Assembly: GCA_009837725.1 (NCBI GenBank)
Contig: VXSY01000297.1
Location: forward strand, 1,278-65,277
From: Gammaproteobacteria bacterium
GTDB lineage: Bacteria; Pseudomonadota; Gammaproteobacteria; Pseudomonadales; Azotimanducaceae
Length of the DNA: 64,000 nucleotides
Direction of reading: 5' to 3'
In this document: positions 1 through 10,066 of the stretch, one piece after another
How the letters are laid out: every line of letters begins with the position of its first letter
How positions within the stretch are numbered: the stretch's first letter is position 1
Position numbers and translations under genes: made by a program
The notes under the pieces: model-generated
Seen by the model: the letters and a program-made list of their open reading frames with translations, nothing else
The model's database searches: none
Told to the model about the DNA's origin: nothing

Positions 1-1761
1 TTGGGATGGGAACCGATTCCGGAGCAATGCAGGCAAGAACACGACCGGCCACTCTCGCCCCTTTGCTTGGTGAACAGTGGTGATCTGGACGGCGTCCGGC
101 GTGACGTACGCCGTGTCTTGCGAGCCTTCGCCGTATGTGTCGTCCCCGTCGTAGTAAAGGAACGCGGCGAATCCGTGAAATGAGCTCCAAGTTTGGTCTG
201 CGAAGTGAACGGTTTCCCAGTCGGTGATTGCCTCGCTAAAGCGACCAAGGTTGAAGAGGGCTGCCTGCCCACGGGAGTCGGCAACATTCTCCTCGCGAAG
301 CTGAATGAGTTCTAGGAACCTGAGGAAGACCGCCTGAATGCTCGGCAGCCCGTCCGATTCTTGCGCTACACCATCACGGATGCCCTCGGCGTACGTCAGT
401 GCGTCTGCCAGTTTGCGGGCGGGTGTTCCGAGACTAGAGCTCTTCCACGCGTTGCGGACCGAATCTCGCTCGGGCGCATTACGTTTGTTCTTTCCGTGCC
501 CGATCGGATGGCCACTAATGTAGTGGAAAAGCAGGCGCGCTGCATCTGCTTCTGGGGCTTCGAAGAGGTTGGCTATGCCTGCGACCACAAACGGGATGCC
601 CGCCTTAGCCAGGGCCTCTGCGATTATGGAGCCGTTGTTTCTGACGCTGCGCAGCAGGATTGCCATGTCGGACCAAGCCAATCCTCGACTTTCGCCACGA
701 TCTGTAAACCGGATCCCACGTAGGGACTTGATTGTGTCGGCAATGTAGGAGGCTTCTTGGGCGGGTGTATCGAACGACAACGCCACGATGTCCCCCTTTT
801 CGAGCTCCTGGCTGCCTCCAAAGGTCATCGACTTAGGCAAGCGATCATCGATCGAACCGACAAAGCGACTCGCTGTTTCGATCACGCCCACGCTGGATCG
901 GAAATTGTCCTGCAAGCGAATCTGTTGCACATCGGGATAGCGATCCTCGAAAGTGAGGATGTTGTCTACCGCACTGCCACGCCACTGATAGATCGTCTGA
1001 TCGTCGTCCCCAACCACACAAAGCCCGGCACCAAGATCGTGCAGGTGCTTGATGAGGCGCTCTTGGACGGGATTCACGTCTTGGTACTCGTCCACGATGA
1101 CGTATTTGATGCGCTTGGCAAGGCGCTTTCTGAGGTCTGCGTTCTTGTCCAGCTCTTGAGCTGCCAGATCGAGCAAACCGGAGAAGTCCAGATAGCCGTC
1201 ATCGTCGGTCTGTGCGCAATACAGTGGCAGGCCAACTTTCGCTACCGAGCAGTCGCGAAGGTAGCGTCGCTGGATGTCATCCTCGCGCAGAGCGCTCAAT
1301 GCTGCGGTGTAACGCTCCGTATCCACGTAACGCCGAAGAGGTCGGCCGTTCGCCGCCTTGCACTCCGTCAACCCCGTCTTTTTCGAGTTCCGATCCACAT
1401 AGAGCTTCTGCCTGATGGCGTCGAGCGGCTCGTGCTTGAGGTATTTCGGCACCTCGCTCTTGAGCAGTTCTTGGCAGAAACCGTGAATTGTACCGACGTA
1501 CATCTCGGCTGCGCCGATCGGCATTTCTCCAAGGGCGTCCTTCGTTCGCGCCAGGATCCGCTCCTTGAGTTCTGCGGCGGCCTTGTTGGTGAAAGTGAAG
1601 GCAATGATGTTCTCAGGCTTGAGCCTGGCTCGTCGGCGAGTGAGCAAATGTGCGACTCGGCGGGCGACGACCTCGGTCTTGCCTGAGCCCGCGCACGCAA
1701 TGAGCTGAAGGTTTCGGCCGCTGTAGCGGATCGCCTGTTGCTGCGGTTTGGTGAGCTTCAA
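1..1761 (-). CDS. UvrD/Rep/PcrA-type superfamily-1 DNA helicase. The C-terminal part runs off the left window edge, and the ORF is absent from the supplied track.
   Basis: My own minus-strand translation starts at TTG 1759-1761, with GGAGG about 11 nt upstream, and stays open to position 1. Motifs: IACAGSGKTEVVARR (Walker A), FTFTNKAAAELKERI (Ia), VDEYQDVNP (II), VVGDDDQTIYQWRGS (III), TVHQAKGREWPVVF (late helicase motif). Confidence 0.85.
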   Translation of the reverse strand, partial: MKLTKPQQQAIRYSGRNLQLIACAGSGKTEVVARRVAHLLTRRRARLKPENIIAFTFTNKAAAELKERILARTKDALGEMPIGAAEMYVGTIHGFCQELLKSEVPKYLKHEPLDAIRQKLYVDRNSKKTGLTECKAANGRPLRRYVDTERYTAALSALREDDIQRRYLRDCSVAKVGLPLYCAQTDDDGYLDFSGLLDLAAQELDKNADLRKRLAKRIKYVIVDEYQDVNPVQERLIKHLHDLGAGLCVVGDDDQTIYQWRGSAVDNILTFEDRYPDVQQIRLQDNFRSSVGVIETASRFVGSIDDRLPKSMTFGGSQELEKGDIVALSFDTPAQEASYIADTIKSLRGIRFTDRGESRGLAWSDMAILLRSVRNNGSIIAEALAKAGIPFVVAGIANLFEAPEADAARLLFHYISGHPIGHGKNKRNAPERDSVRNAWKSSSLGTPARKLADALTYAEGIRDGVAQESDGLPSIQAVFLRFLELIQLREENVADSRGQAALFNLGRFSEAITDWETVHFADQTWSSFHGFAAFLYYDGDDTYGEGSQDTAYVTPDAVQITTVHQAKGREWPVVFLPALLRNRFPSQ

Positions 1762-1793
1762 AGTTGGGCTTGCCTCCTTTTTGTGCTGCCCGG

Positions 1794-2237
1794 CTAAAGC
1801 AGCATGGTGTCGTGGCCAAGGACTTCGACGAGCTCCGTCTCTGCGGCCTCGGCAAGTCGAGCGTCGAATGTTGCGAGGGCGATTCCGCGGCGTTTGGCGA
1901 CCTCGAGATAGGCGGCGTCATAGACCACGAGGCTAAGGCGGTCTGCGAGGTCGACAATCTCGTCCATGTCTCCCTCGCTATCCTCGATCAAGCTGAAGTC
2001 CGCGAGTTCGGCGAGGCGAGACTCGAGCCCATGGTCGTCAATCCGCTTTCTCCGCTTCGCCATTAGCAGGATGTTGCGGACTTCATACGGGAACACGGTC
2101 GGCACGATGCCTTCTTGCGTACTGAGCCGGGCGAGAATTGGCTTCGCGCTAACGTGCTGCACCTCGTCAGGCAATAGCTGTGCCCCCATCACGGAGGCAT
2201 CGATCACGATGGCCACGTTAGGCGCGACCCTCTTCAC
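1794..2237 (-). CDS. vapC: PIN-domain ribonuclease, VapC-like toxin
   Basis: 147-aa ORF with conserved PIN acidic positions in VIDASVM, FPYEVRN, VVYDAAYLEVAKRRG and ATFDARL. Its start overlaps the res stop by 20 nt. No small antitoxin ORF lies upstream. Confidence 0.85.
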   Translation of the reverse strand: MKRVAPNVAIVIDASVMGAQLLPDEVQHVSAKPILARLSTQEGIVPTVFPYEVRNILLMAKRRKRIDDHGLESRLAELADFSLIEDSEGDMDEIVDLADRLSLVVYDAAYLEVAKRRGIALATFDARLAEAAETELVEVLGHDTMLL

Positions 2238-5052
2238 GCCATTCCCTGATTTCCTCTTGGGTAGTTGGTTTCGACTCGCGTTGGCGTGCCTCTGCCCGCT
2301 TGATGGCGCGATTCACCAAGAACTCACGGAACGTCTTGTCGTTACCGGTAAACTCGCTTTGGTTCACCCTAGTGTATCGCCACTCTTGGCCCGTTGCCTT
2401 GGTTACGCGACGGCACCAGGCCTCAGCGGCAGCGTCCTTTTCTTCGGTTCCCTCCCAAACTCGGCCTTTGGTTTCCACGAGCCAGTGCGTTTCCACGCCA
2501 TCTCGCTCCTGCACCATCACCCAGTCGGGGTAGTAGAACCCAATCGCACCACTCGGCTTCAGGTAGTCAATGCGGAACTTCGCAGCCGAGGCGCCTTGCT
2601 CGGTGGTCGCAAGGGCACCAAATCGCACCACGTCCTCTGCTCGTTCCAGGAATTGTGCGAACTGACGCTCGAATCGGTTGTAGGTGGCCACGCGGTTGAA
2701 GACGGTCTTCCTGGCCTGCCGCCAGAGTGGCAAATCTCGTCGCCACTTGAATGGCTTTGTTTCCGAGAGCTGATGGTACTGGATTTCCAACTCTATCGAC
2801 CGGCGCTCCACTGACAGCTTGCCCAACTCGGTGGCGAGGTACTTCGCGATACCCTCCCTAAGGTCCAAGCGCGAAAGATGGGAACGTACGGCATCGTTCT
2901 CCAAGTCGACATCGCGACCGAAGCATTGGTGCTCCACGTATTCGCGCACGATTGGATATACGCGCTGGAACTGCATGGGGAGGCCCGCCAAGGACAGTGC
3001 CTTGTTCGTAATGTCGGTTAGAAGATCGCTCGCCAACGAAGACCGAGGTTGGAACTCGTCCTGACCGACTCCCGCCTCGGGGGTTGCGAAATCCATTCTT
3101 AGTATGACACGATATGGTTCGCTTAGGTCCTCGCTCTCGAAAATGGGTCGCAAGGCTTGGGTGTCGATATCTTCTAGCCGTTGCACATTGTGAGTGAGAC
3201 TCGGTTTCGTTATGGGCAATCCGATGTCAAATCCCCTGCGTTGCTTCAATGGTTGCACAGTCTCCGGCGGGGTCGGATCGGTCGACTTGGAGATAACGCC
3301 CACACCTTCAGCTTCCAGTTGCTCCTGTAGAACCCGGAGCAGGTTGCGCGTTCCTAGAACCTCCAACGTCTGAGTTTTATCTGGGCTGACTCCTTCCATC
3401 AGGCGCAAGCCCCGCCCGACGACCTGCTCGGGCAGAATCTCAGAGCTCGCAGTGAATGGCCGCAAGCCCAATACGACCGAGACGTTGCGGACATCCCATC
3501 CTTCGCGGAGCATCATGACGCTTACGATTACCCTTGTTTCGTTTTTGGGCGCGTCGATGTCTTGGGCAACCCGACGTGCCTCCTCAAGGTCCTTCTTCCT
3601 CACGTCTCCTGCTCCGTCCGTGTGGATAACGAGGACTTCTGATGGCTTGAACGCCCCATTCTTGCGAAGGCTCTCGCCAATTGCATCAGCGAAGCTGTTC
3701 TTTTCTACCATGATGAAGAGAACGGGACGGATACCCAGCGGGGCGTAGGCCGCAGAGTGCTCCTGCAGCCGATGTACAGCCGCATCGATCCAATACGCGT
3801 ACTTCTCGACGACGTTTGTCCTATTGATGCCCTCTGGATCCTCGGCTGGTTGAGCCGAGTCGGCCTCCTTGGTCACGATGACCGGCGCTTTGACGATTCT
3901 GTCCTCCACCGCCTGTGCCAGCGGGTAGTCACAGACGGTCCAAGGGAAGTACATTCCCCCTTGATCCTTGGGGGTGGCGGAGAAGTCAAGCCACAGGGTC
4001 AAACCATCTGCCACGGCTTGGTGGGCCGACAGAAGCGACTGCGTCCACTTCAGTCTATGGTCATGGACGTGGTGCGCTTCGTCGTTTAGCACGATGAGAT
4101 CATTGAATGAGTAAGCGCGTTCAAGCAGGGACTTCTCGTGAACCGCGACCGGGTCTTTGGAGGGTCTTCTGCCCACGATCGCATCGACCGCATTGGTAGG
4201 CCCGGCCTCTTGTTGACGTTCGTACAGCTGCTGAATGTTGGCCAGGATCAGATTGCCCGATGGGTCAGGGTCTCCCGCATCTCCGCGCAATAGAACTTTC
4301 TGGCGGAACCGGCCTTTCCATTCTGGTGGCACCAAGGGAAGTTCGCGGAACACCCGATTGGCGGCAAAGTCCTTGGCGAGGCGTTGATACACGATTACGT
4401 TTGGGGCGACAATCAGGAAATTCGTAGAAAGCGGGGAGTTCGGAACGAGCTTCTTGTGGAGGTGCGACCAAACGACCACCATCGCCATCACCCACGTTTT
4501 GCCAGCACCAGTTGCCAGCTTGAACGCGAAACGACGTAGATTGTCTGGCGGAAGCTCTTGCTCCCCTGTTCGGTTCAACTCAGGCACGAAGCGCCGAATT
4601 CGCCTTGTGCCGTCGGGCCGGGTTTCGATTTCTACGTTCGGTGATACTAGATCGACGTTGAACGTCGTCGCGTACGAGTTGATTAAGGCGTGAGTATCCT
4701 CAACGGATGCGATCTCAACCAGCCACGCTAGAGTCTCAATCGCCTCTCGCTGGCAGAAGTAGTAGCGGAGCGTACCGTCGAATCCAGCAATGTCGTGATC
4801 CTCATCGAACCAATACCCGAACAAGCGGCGCGTGATGTCAGAGCCGCCTGGGTAGCCATCGTCGCGCCACTTGTCTACGGAAGCCCTGATTTTCGGTACG
4901 AGCAATAGGTCGCTATGCCGCCGGCCGTCTTCGACACGCCATCCTGTAGGGGCGCCATCGTCCTTGACTAGGTGCTCGGAAGGGGCCAACCATGCGCAAC
5001 GTCCACCAATCTCGGGCAGATCCTTGTCATATTTGATTACAGCTTGCGCCAT
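2218..5052 (-). CDS. res: Type III restriction enzyme Res subunit (SF2 helicase plus C-terminal nuclease)
   Basis: 944-aa ORF with LATGAGKTWVMA (Walker A), LNDEAHHV (DEAH) and a C-terminal PD-(D/E)xK-like FYYPDWVMV...WLVETKG. It starts 4 nt after the mod stop. Confidence 0.9.
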   Translation of the reverse strand: MAQAVIKYDKDLPEIGGRCAWLAPSEHLVKDDGAPTGWRVEDGRRHSDLLLVPKIRASVDKWRDDGYPGGSDITRRLFGYWFDEDHDIAGFDGTLRYYFCQREAIETLAWLVEIASVEDTHALINSYATTFNVDLVSPNVEIETRPDGTRRIRRFVPELNRTGEQELPPDNLRRFAFKLATGAGKTWVMAMVVVWSHLHKKLVPNSPLSTNFLIVAPNVIVYQRLAKDFAANRVFRELPLVPPEWKGRFRQKVLLRGDAGDPDPSGNLILANIQQLYERQQEAGPTNAVDAIVGRRPSKDPVAVHEKSLLERAYSFNDLIVLNDEAHHVHDHRLKWTQSLLSAHQAVADGLTLWLDFSATPKDQGGMYFPWTVCDYPLAQAVEDRIVKAPVIVTKEADSAQPAEDPEGINRTNVVEKYAYWIDAAVHRLQEHSAAYAPLGIRPVLFIMVEKNSFADAIGESLRKNGAFKPSEVLVIHTDGAGDVRKKDLEEARRVAQDIDAPKNETRVIVSVMMLREGWDVRNVSVVLGLRPFTASSEILPEQVVGRGLRLMEGVSPDKTQTLEVLGTRNLLRVLQEQLEAEGVGVISKSTDPTPPETVQPLKQRRGFDIGLPITKPSLTHNVQRLEDIDTQALRPIFESEDLSEPYRVILRMDFATPEAGVGQDEFQPRSSLASDLLTDITNKALSLAGLPMQFQRVYPIVREYVEHQCFGRDVDLENDAVRSHLSRLDLREGIAKYLATELGKLSVERRSIELEIQYHQLSETKPFKWRRDLPLWRQARKTVFNRVATYNRFERQFAQFLERAEDVVRFGALATTEQGASAAKFRIDYLKPSGAIGFYYPDWVMVQERDGVETHWLVETKGRVWEGTEEKDAAAEAWCRRVTKATGQEWRYTRVNQSEFTGNDKTFREFLVNRAIKRAEARQRESKPTTQEEIREWREEGRA

Positions 5053-5056
5053 TAGG

Positions 5057-7283
5057 CTATCGAACCGTTATGTCAACGGCTTGAGACGTGTCGTTGCCGA
5101 AGACATCCACCACTTTCACCAATATGCGGAAATCGCCACGTTGGTCATAGGTGTGTTCTGCCGAAACAACCGGCAATGAACGGTCCCTCCGCGTTCGATA
5201 CGCAACCCAGCCCTGCATGAAACTATCGTGCTGGAAATCCCAATCCACGGCCCAGTAGTCAATGTAGTCCGACCAGGAGTTGACCTTTTGTCGAACCTCA
5301 TCTGGTATAAGCTCCGGGCTGGGAATCACGAAATCTTGAAGGGCTAGGCGGACCGTCCTGCGCTTGCCACGGATTCTCTCCGTTTTCACATCCATATACG
5401 CAAGTTCAAAGAAGCGAACGTCGCCCCTATCTATCGCTTGTTGCTCCATAACTTCACGCGGAATGTAAAGTAATCGAAGCTTCACGCCTCGGTCCCTTGC
5501 GACCCGCTGCATCAGACCGCCTTGCCGAAGGTCACTCCGTCCGCCGAGCCCCATCTCCCATTCCCAGCCAAGCACATGAAGTTCGTGTGCCTTTAGATGT
5601 ACGCATTCTTCGACCGCACTTTGGATGTCGTCGATGGTAACGGGTGCATCGACTGCGCCGATATGCACCAAGGCATTGCCCTTGCGGCCATGAACATGTG
5701 CCAAGCCCGGAATAGGGTTGGCACCGTACAACCTGAGGATGAAGGTGAGATACTCGTACAGAGCACGTTCGGTGAGTGGTGTGTTCCGGCGCTTGGTGAA
5801 CGTGGCGCCTTGCCAGTGTTGGCGTTCGTACTTTCCGAGATTGAGTATCTCGAAGGGCTTGCAATCCTTGATGTCGAGCAGCCGCTTGCGGCTAACGTGA
5901 ACACCCCAGCGTCCAAGGTCGCAACCAAGCCAGCGGCGACCGAGTTTTTCCGCGACGGCTAGAGTGGTTCCAGAGCCGCAGAAGAAATCGGCAACTAGAT
6001 CACCCTCCACCGATGATGCCGTAATGGCCCGCTCCAACAGCGCTTCCGGCTTTTGTGTAGGGTATCCTGTTCTTTCGTGGCCGACAGGATTGATCATCGA
6101 TATATCCCACATATCTGGCATCGGTACGCCCTTGGTTGGCTCGTCCGTCAGGATAGAACGCCGAATCCCGTCTTCGCCGATTATGCTCTTCCACGACTTA
6201 CCTTGAGCGCTTGATTTTGCTGATTTGGGTATGTACAGCTGGTTGAATCGATGACGTCCTTTTTTCTTGGCGTAGAACAAAATCGTATCGTGGTTGCGGG
6301 CGAACATGCTCCCGGCGATGTTCCAACGTCGGTAGTACCAGGCAATCTGGTTAAGGAAATTTTCCGGGCCGAACACCTCATCCATTGCCATACGTACAAG
6401 CGCGTTGACATGCCAATCGCAATGAACGTAAATGCTGCCGCTCTCTGCTAGCAAATCACGCATCTGCTGGATGCGTACTCGTATCATGTCGATAAAGGAG
6501 CTTAGGCCTGCACCCCAGGTGTCTCGGTATGCCTTCTCCTCGATGCTGGTTCGCATCTTCTCCACCAATTTCTGCTTCAAAAGAGAAGTCTGCGCCCGTG
6601 GCGAATGGGGGATCTATGTAGATGAGGTCGATCTTCCCGGCGAATTTATCCTGGAGGGATTCCATCACCAGCAAATTATCGCCCCAGATCAGCTTGTTTC
6701 GCCAGCCTTCGTCGAAGGTGGTGCCTTCTGATCCGTGATATGTATCGAAGAGCGTAGGTTGTGCTTTGATGGTAGCATCGCGAGCAGCCCGGCTCTCGTT
6801 GACCTTTTCGATGACTTGAAATGGTAGCGCGACTCGCGGCGTCTCGCGTAGGGTTCCATCGTCATTGTACTTGCCCGGCCAGACCAACTCGGGCTTGGTT
6901 ACACGTACCATTCCTGGCGGCGGGTTAGGTAGATAGGTACCGGAGTGCTCGCGTTCTGCGTCCGGTTGAGGGACTTCGTTCATGGCTGGGCGGGAGTCCG
7001 GCTCGGAGTTGGGTGTTGCTGCGGCCTCGGCTGCAAGCAATCGGGCGATCAGAGCCCTTTTCCGTCCCTTCGAACTGATGTCCAGAGCGTCGCAGACGGC
7101 CTTGACGTGAATCTCGGAAAGATGTGGGAGCAGGGACCTGGCCGAAGCTCGCGGCGTACGAGACAGGCGAGTCCGCATGTCGTCGGCGCTCCGACGGTCG
7201 ATGTTCGTGAGGTCGAAAGACAAGATGGCCGCCTTCAGTTCGTCGCGGCTCATCGCTTGCAATACGGCGTGCTTCAGCTCCAT
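5057..7283 (-). pseudogene. mod: Type III-like N6-adenine DNA methyltransferase (Mod), split into two overlapping ORFs by a 1-nt frameshift
   Basis: ORF 6456..7283 carries the N-terminal region and motif IV (LIYIDPPFATGADFSF), then runs into nonsense. ORF 5057..6580 is one frame over and continues with the expected SIEEKAYRDTWG...GSIYVHCDW...YPTQKPEALLERAI...DFFCGSGTTLAVAEKLGRRWLGCD (motif I FxGxG). Confidence 0.85.
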
Positions 7284-7311
7284 CGAGCCGAAGCGTAATT
7301 GCCCATTGCCT

Positions 7312-8028
7312 TTATAGCAACCCTGCGTTGCGGAAGCTGAATGTCGTGGTGGAGGACACGATCACATGGTCGAGCACGCGCAATTCGACGGTGTCTGCCG
7401 CTAGGACAATGGCACGGGTGATCAGCTTGTCTCGGTCACTTGGATTGACGTTCCCGCTCGGGTGGTTGTGCGCCAAAACGAGCGCCGCCGCGCTTCGCCG
7501 AAGCGCACCTTCGACAATGCGGCGGGGATAGACGGCGGCGCGGTCAACCGTGCCCTCCTGCATTCGTTGGACACCGTTGGGCAGCAACCGGTGTGCTGTA
7601 TCGAGGAAGGCCACCTCGAACACCTCGTTCATCAGACTTCCGATCCGAAGACGCCAGAAATCGAGCAGGCGTTCTGTGGTTTGCGATGGCTCCGCCTGCT
7701 CCGTGGCTTGCTGGAGGTACACAGCCGCAACTCCTTGGACCATTGCGAGCGACGTCGCGGCCACCTCGCCGACTCCCGCCACGGTACGGAGTTCCTCGAT
7801 CGGTGCATCCAATGCGCCGCGCAAGGTGCCAAATCGAGCAAGAAGCGCTTTTGCGGCTGGCTTGGTGTCACGGCGCGGGATCGCGAGCGTTAACAGTAGT
7901 TCCAGGACTTCGTGCTCGGCGAAACCAGCAAAACCAGCTTTGAGAAAGCGCTCTCGCAGGCGCTTCCGATGGCCGTGGTAGTGCGGTCGATTGCCGGCCC
8001 GAGCCTTTGTCTGAGGTTGCATTGTCAT
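7312..8028 (-). CDS. radC: RadC-family JAB/MPN domain protein
   Basis: 238-aa ORF with an N-terminal HhH-like region (ELRTVAGVGEVAATS) and the JAMM motif LAHNHPSGNVNPSDRD. Confidence 0.85.
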   Translation of the reverse strand: MTMQPQTKARAGNRPHYHGHRKRLRERFLKAGFAGFAEHEVLELLLTLAIPRRDTKPAAKALLARFGTLRGALDAPIEELRTVAGVGEVAATSLAMVQGVAAVYLQQATEQAEPSQTTERLLDFWRLRIGSLMNEVFEVAFLDTAHRLLPNGVQRMQEGTVDRAAVYPRRIVEGALRRSAAALVLAHNHPSGNVNPSDRDKLITRAIVLAADTVELRVLDHVIVSSTTTFSFRNAGLL

Positions 8029-8064
8029 GCTGCGCTAGGAGCATCGCCCGAGGGCGGGTCCGCA

Positions 8065-9099
8065 TCATGCAAGTCGGGATGCTGCAAACTGGGCCAGGGT
8101 GCGTAGGCCCTCGCGGTAGGGGTTCGGTGGCAGGTTGTCGGTTGCTGCCAGTGCCCTTCGCAGTTCCATGCTGGCGCACTCACGGGTGTGGGCCAGGGCG
8201 CCGGTGCGGCGGACGGCGGTGAGGACTTCGGGGAGGCGGCTCGCGGAGCGGGATGCGATGGATTCGCGGATGAGTCGGGCCTCCGCGGCGCTGCCGTTGC
8301 GGGTGGCGTGGATCAGGGGCAGTGTCATCTTGCCTTCGGCGAGGTCGTTGCCGGCATCCTTGCCCATCACGTCGCGCTCGCCGGCGTAGTCGAGCCAGTC
8401 GTCCACGAGTTGGTAGGCGAGGCCGAAGTGCAGGCCGTAGTTCTTGAGCGCGGCGGTGGTGGCGGGATTCGCGCGGGCGAGGGCGGCACCCGTGTGGGCA
8501 GAAGCCTGGAACAGCATTGCGGTCTTGCGGCGGATGATCTCCATGTATTCGCGTTCGTCGATGTCGGCGTTGCCGATGTTGGCGAGCTGCATCACCTCAC
8601 CTTCGGCGACGCGGTTCGTCGCTTCGCTGATGATGGCCATGACCGGCATCGAGTCGAGCTCCACCATCAGTTCGAAAGCGCGGGAGTAGAGGAAGTCGCC
8701 TACGAGCACGCTAGGGCCATTGCCCCACAGTGTGTTGGCGGTGGCTTGGCCGCGGCGCAGGGGGCTGTGATCTACCACGTCGTCGTGCAGCAGGGTGGCG
8801 GTGTGCAGGAACTCGATCACCACGGCGAGGCGCACTGGCCCGTCCATTCCTTCGTGGCCGCATAGGCGAGAGGCGAGGAGTGCGATCAGCGGTCGCAGAC
8901 GCTTGCCGCCAGCGCTGACGATGTGGCGGCCAATCTCCTCGATGAGCGGCACTGGCGAGGAGAGCTGTTCCGGAATTAGGCGATTGACAGCCTCGAACTC
9001 GCCGCGAACGAGGCGGAAGACGGCATCGGGACCCGTTGCGGTGCAGGCAATCGCTGCATCTGGCGTGGCGAGTGGTTCGGCAACGGGGGACGCTGGCAT
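8065..9099 (-). CDS. ispB: Octaprenyl/polyprenyl diphosphate synthase
   Basis: Motifs LLHDDVVDHSPLRRG (first DDxxD) and QLVDDWLDY (second). I moved the start to ATG 9097-9099 (MPASPV...), because the 445-aa track ORF has an implausible R/P-rich extension. Confidence 0.9.
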   Translation of the reverse strand: MPASPVAEPLATPDAAIACTATGPDAVFRLVRGEFEAVNRLIPEQLSSPVPLIEEIGRHIVSAGGKRLRPLIALLASRLCGHEGMDGPVRLAVVIEFLHTATLLHDDVVDHSPLRRGQATANTLWGNGPSVLVGDFLYSRAFELMVELDSMPVMAIISEATNRVAEGEVMQLANIGNADIDEREYMEIIRRKTAMLFQASAHTGAALARANPATTAALKNYGLHFGLAYQLVDDWLDYAGERDVMGKDAGNDLAEGKMTLPLIHATRNGSAAEARLIRESIASRSASRLPEVLTAVRRTGALAHTRECASMELRRALAATDNLPPNPYREGLRTLAQFAASRLA

Positions 9100-9366
9100 G
9101 TACGAGGGCTCCGGGTCTCGTTCGCAATGTGGGTGCGGCGCTTGACCGCCCACGTGCGTTGTATTCGGCTCGTCGCATCCGTAGAATGCCGCGCCTTTGC
9201 CGGCAGGCTGATTCGGCGGTGCGATTGGCGTCAGGCCGGCATCCCGGCGGCGGCGCTTTGTCAAGGCGCGGGATTCTAATACACCTTGGCTGCGCAGCCG
9301 GGCGTTTGTCGCAGTTGTGAATGGGAGGCCCCGCCGGTGGAGGCTAGAGCGGCAGGAGCAGAACGC

Positions 9367-9681
9367 ATGTTTGCGGTATTCGAAAGCGGCGGAAAACAGC
9401 ATCGCGTGTGCGAAGGCGACGTGGTGCAGCTCGAACGACTGGCGGCCGATCCCGGTGACGAGGTGGTGTTCGACCGGGTGTCGCTCATCGCGAGCGGTGA
9501 CGACGTGCAGGTTGGCACGCCTTACCTAGACGGCGGGGCGGTTACCGGCCAAGTCGTGGAGCAGGGCCGGTCTCGCAAGATCCGCGTGATCAAGTTCAAG
9601 CGCCGCAAGAACTACATGCGCACCAAGGGGCACCGCCAGCACTTCACGACGGTGCGGATCACCGGCATTTCGGCAGCCTGA
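9367..9681 (+). CDS. rplU: 50S ribosomal protein L21
   Basis: [20 protein letters not shown]...; internal ATG chosen at 9367. Confidence 0.95.
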   Translation: MFAVFESGGKQHRVCEGDVVQLERLAADPGDEVVFDRVSLIASGDDVQVGTPYLDGGAVTGQVVEQGRSRKIRVIKFKRRKNYMRTKGHRQHFTTVRITGISAA

Positions 9682-9707
9682 GGGCGCCGGCGGAAGGAGA
9701 GCCTGGG

Positions 9708-9968
9708 ATGGCACACAAGAAGGCAGGCGGCAGCACGCGCAATGGACGCGACTCGGAGTCGAAGCGTCTCGGCCTCAAGAAGTTTGGCGGCGAGGCTGTG
9801 CTGGCCGGCAACATCATCGTTCGTCAACGCGGCACGAAGTTCCATCCGGGCGCCAACGTCGGCTGCGGGCGGGACCATACGTTGTTCGCAACGGCGGACG
9901 GCTTCGTCAAGTACGAGCGCTTGGGTGGTCATCAGCGACGCACAGTCAGCGTCCTGCCGTCGCTCTGA
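9708..9968 (+). CDS. rpmA: 50S ribosomal protein L27
   Basis: [28 protein letters not shown]... Confidence 0.97.
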   Translation: MAHKKAGGSTRNGRDSESKRLGLKKFGGEAVLAGNIIVRQRGTKFHPGANVGCGRDHTLFATADGFVKYERLGGHQRRTVSVLPSL

Positions 9969-10066
9969 GGCGCGCCGCAAGGCGCGAGCACGCCCGCCCG
10001 AAGGCACGCTTCGACAAAGGCACTTGAGCAGAGGGTTCCTCGGTCCTTGCAGTCGGGTATGTACCG

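Noticed and set aside
757-1686. 309-aa plus-strand ORF
   Set aside because: It lies entirely antisense to the UvrD-like helicase, whose motifs read cleanly on the minus strand. It has no recognisable motifs and is a shadow ORF typical of GC-rich DNA.
9968-9995. GC hairpin after rpmA (GCGCGCC-GCAA-GGCGCG) as a terminator
   Set aside because: The stem is short (6 bp), there is no U-tract, and obg follows in the same operon. Evidence is insufficient.
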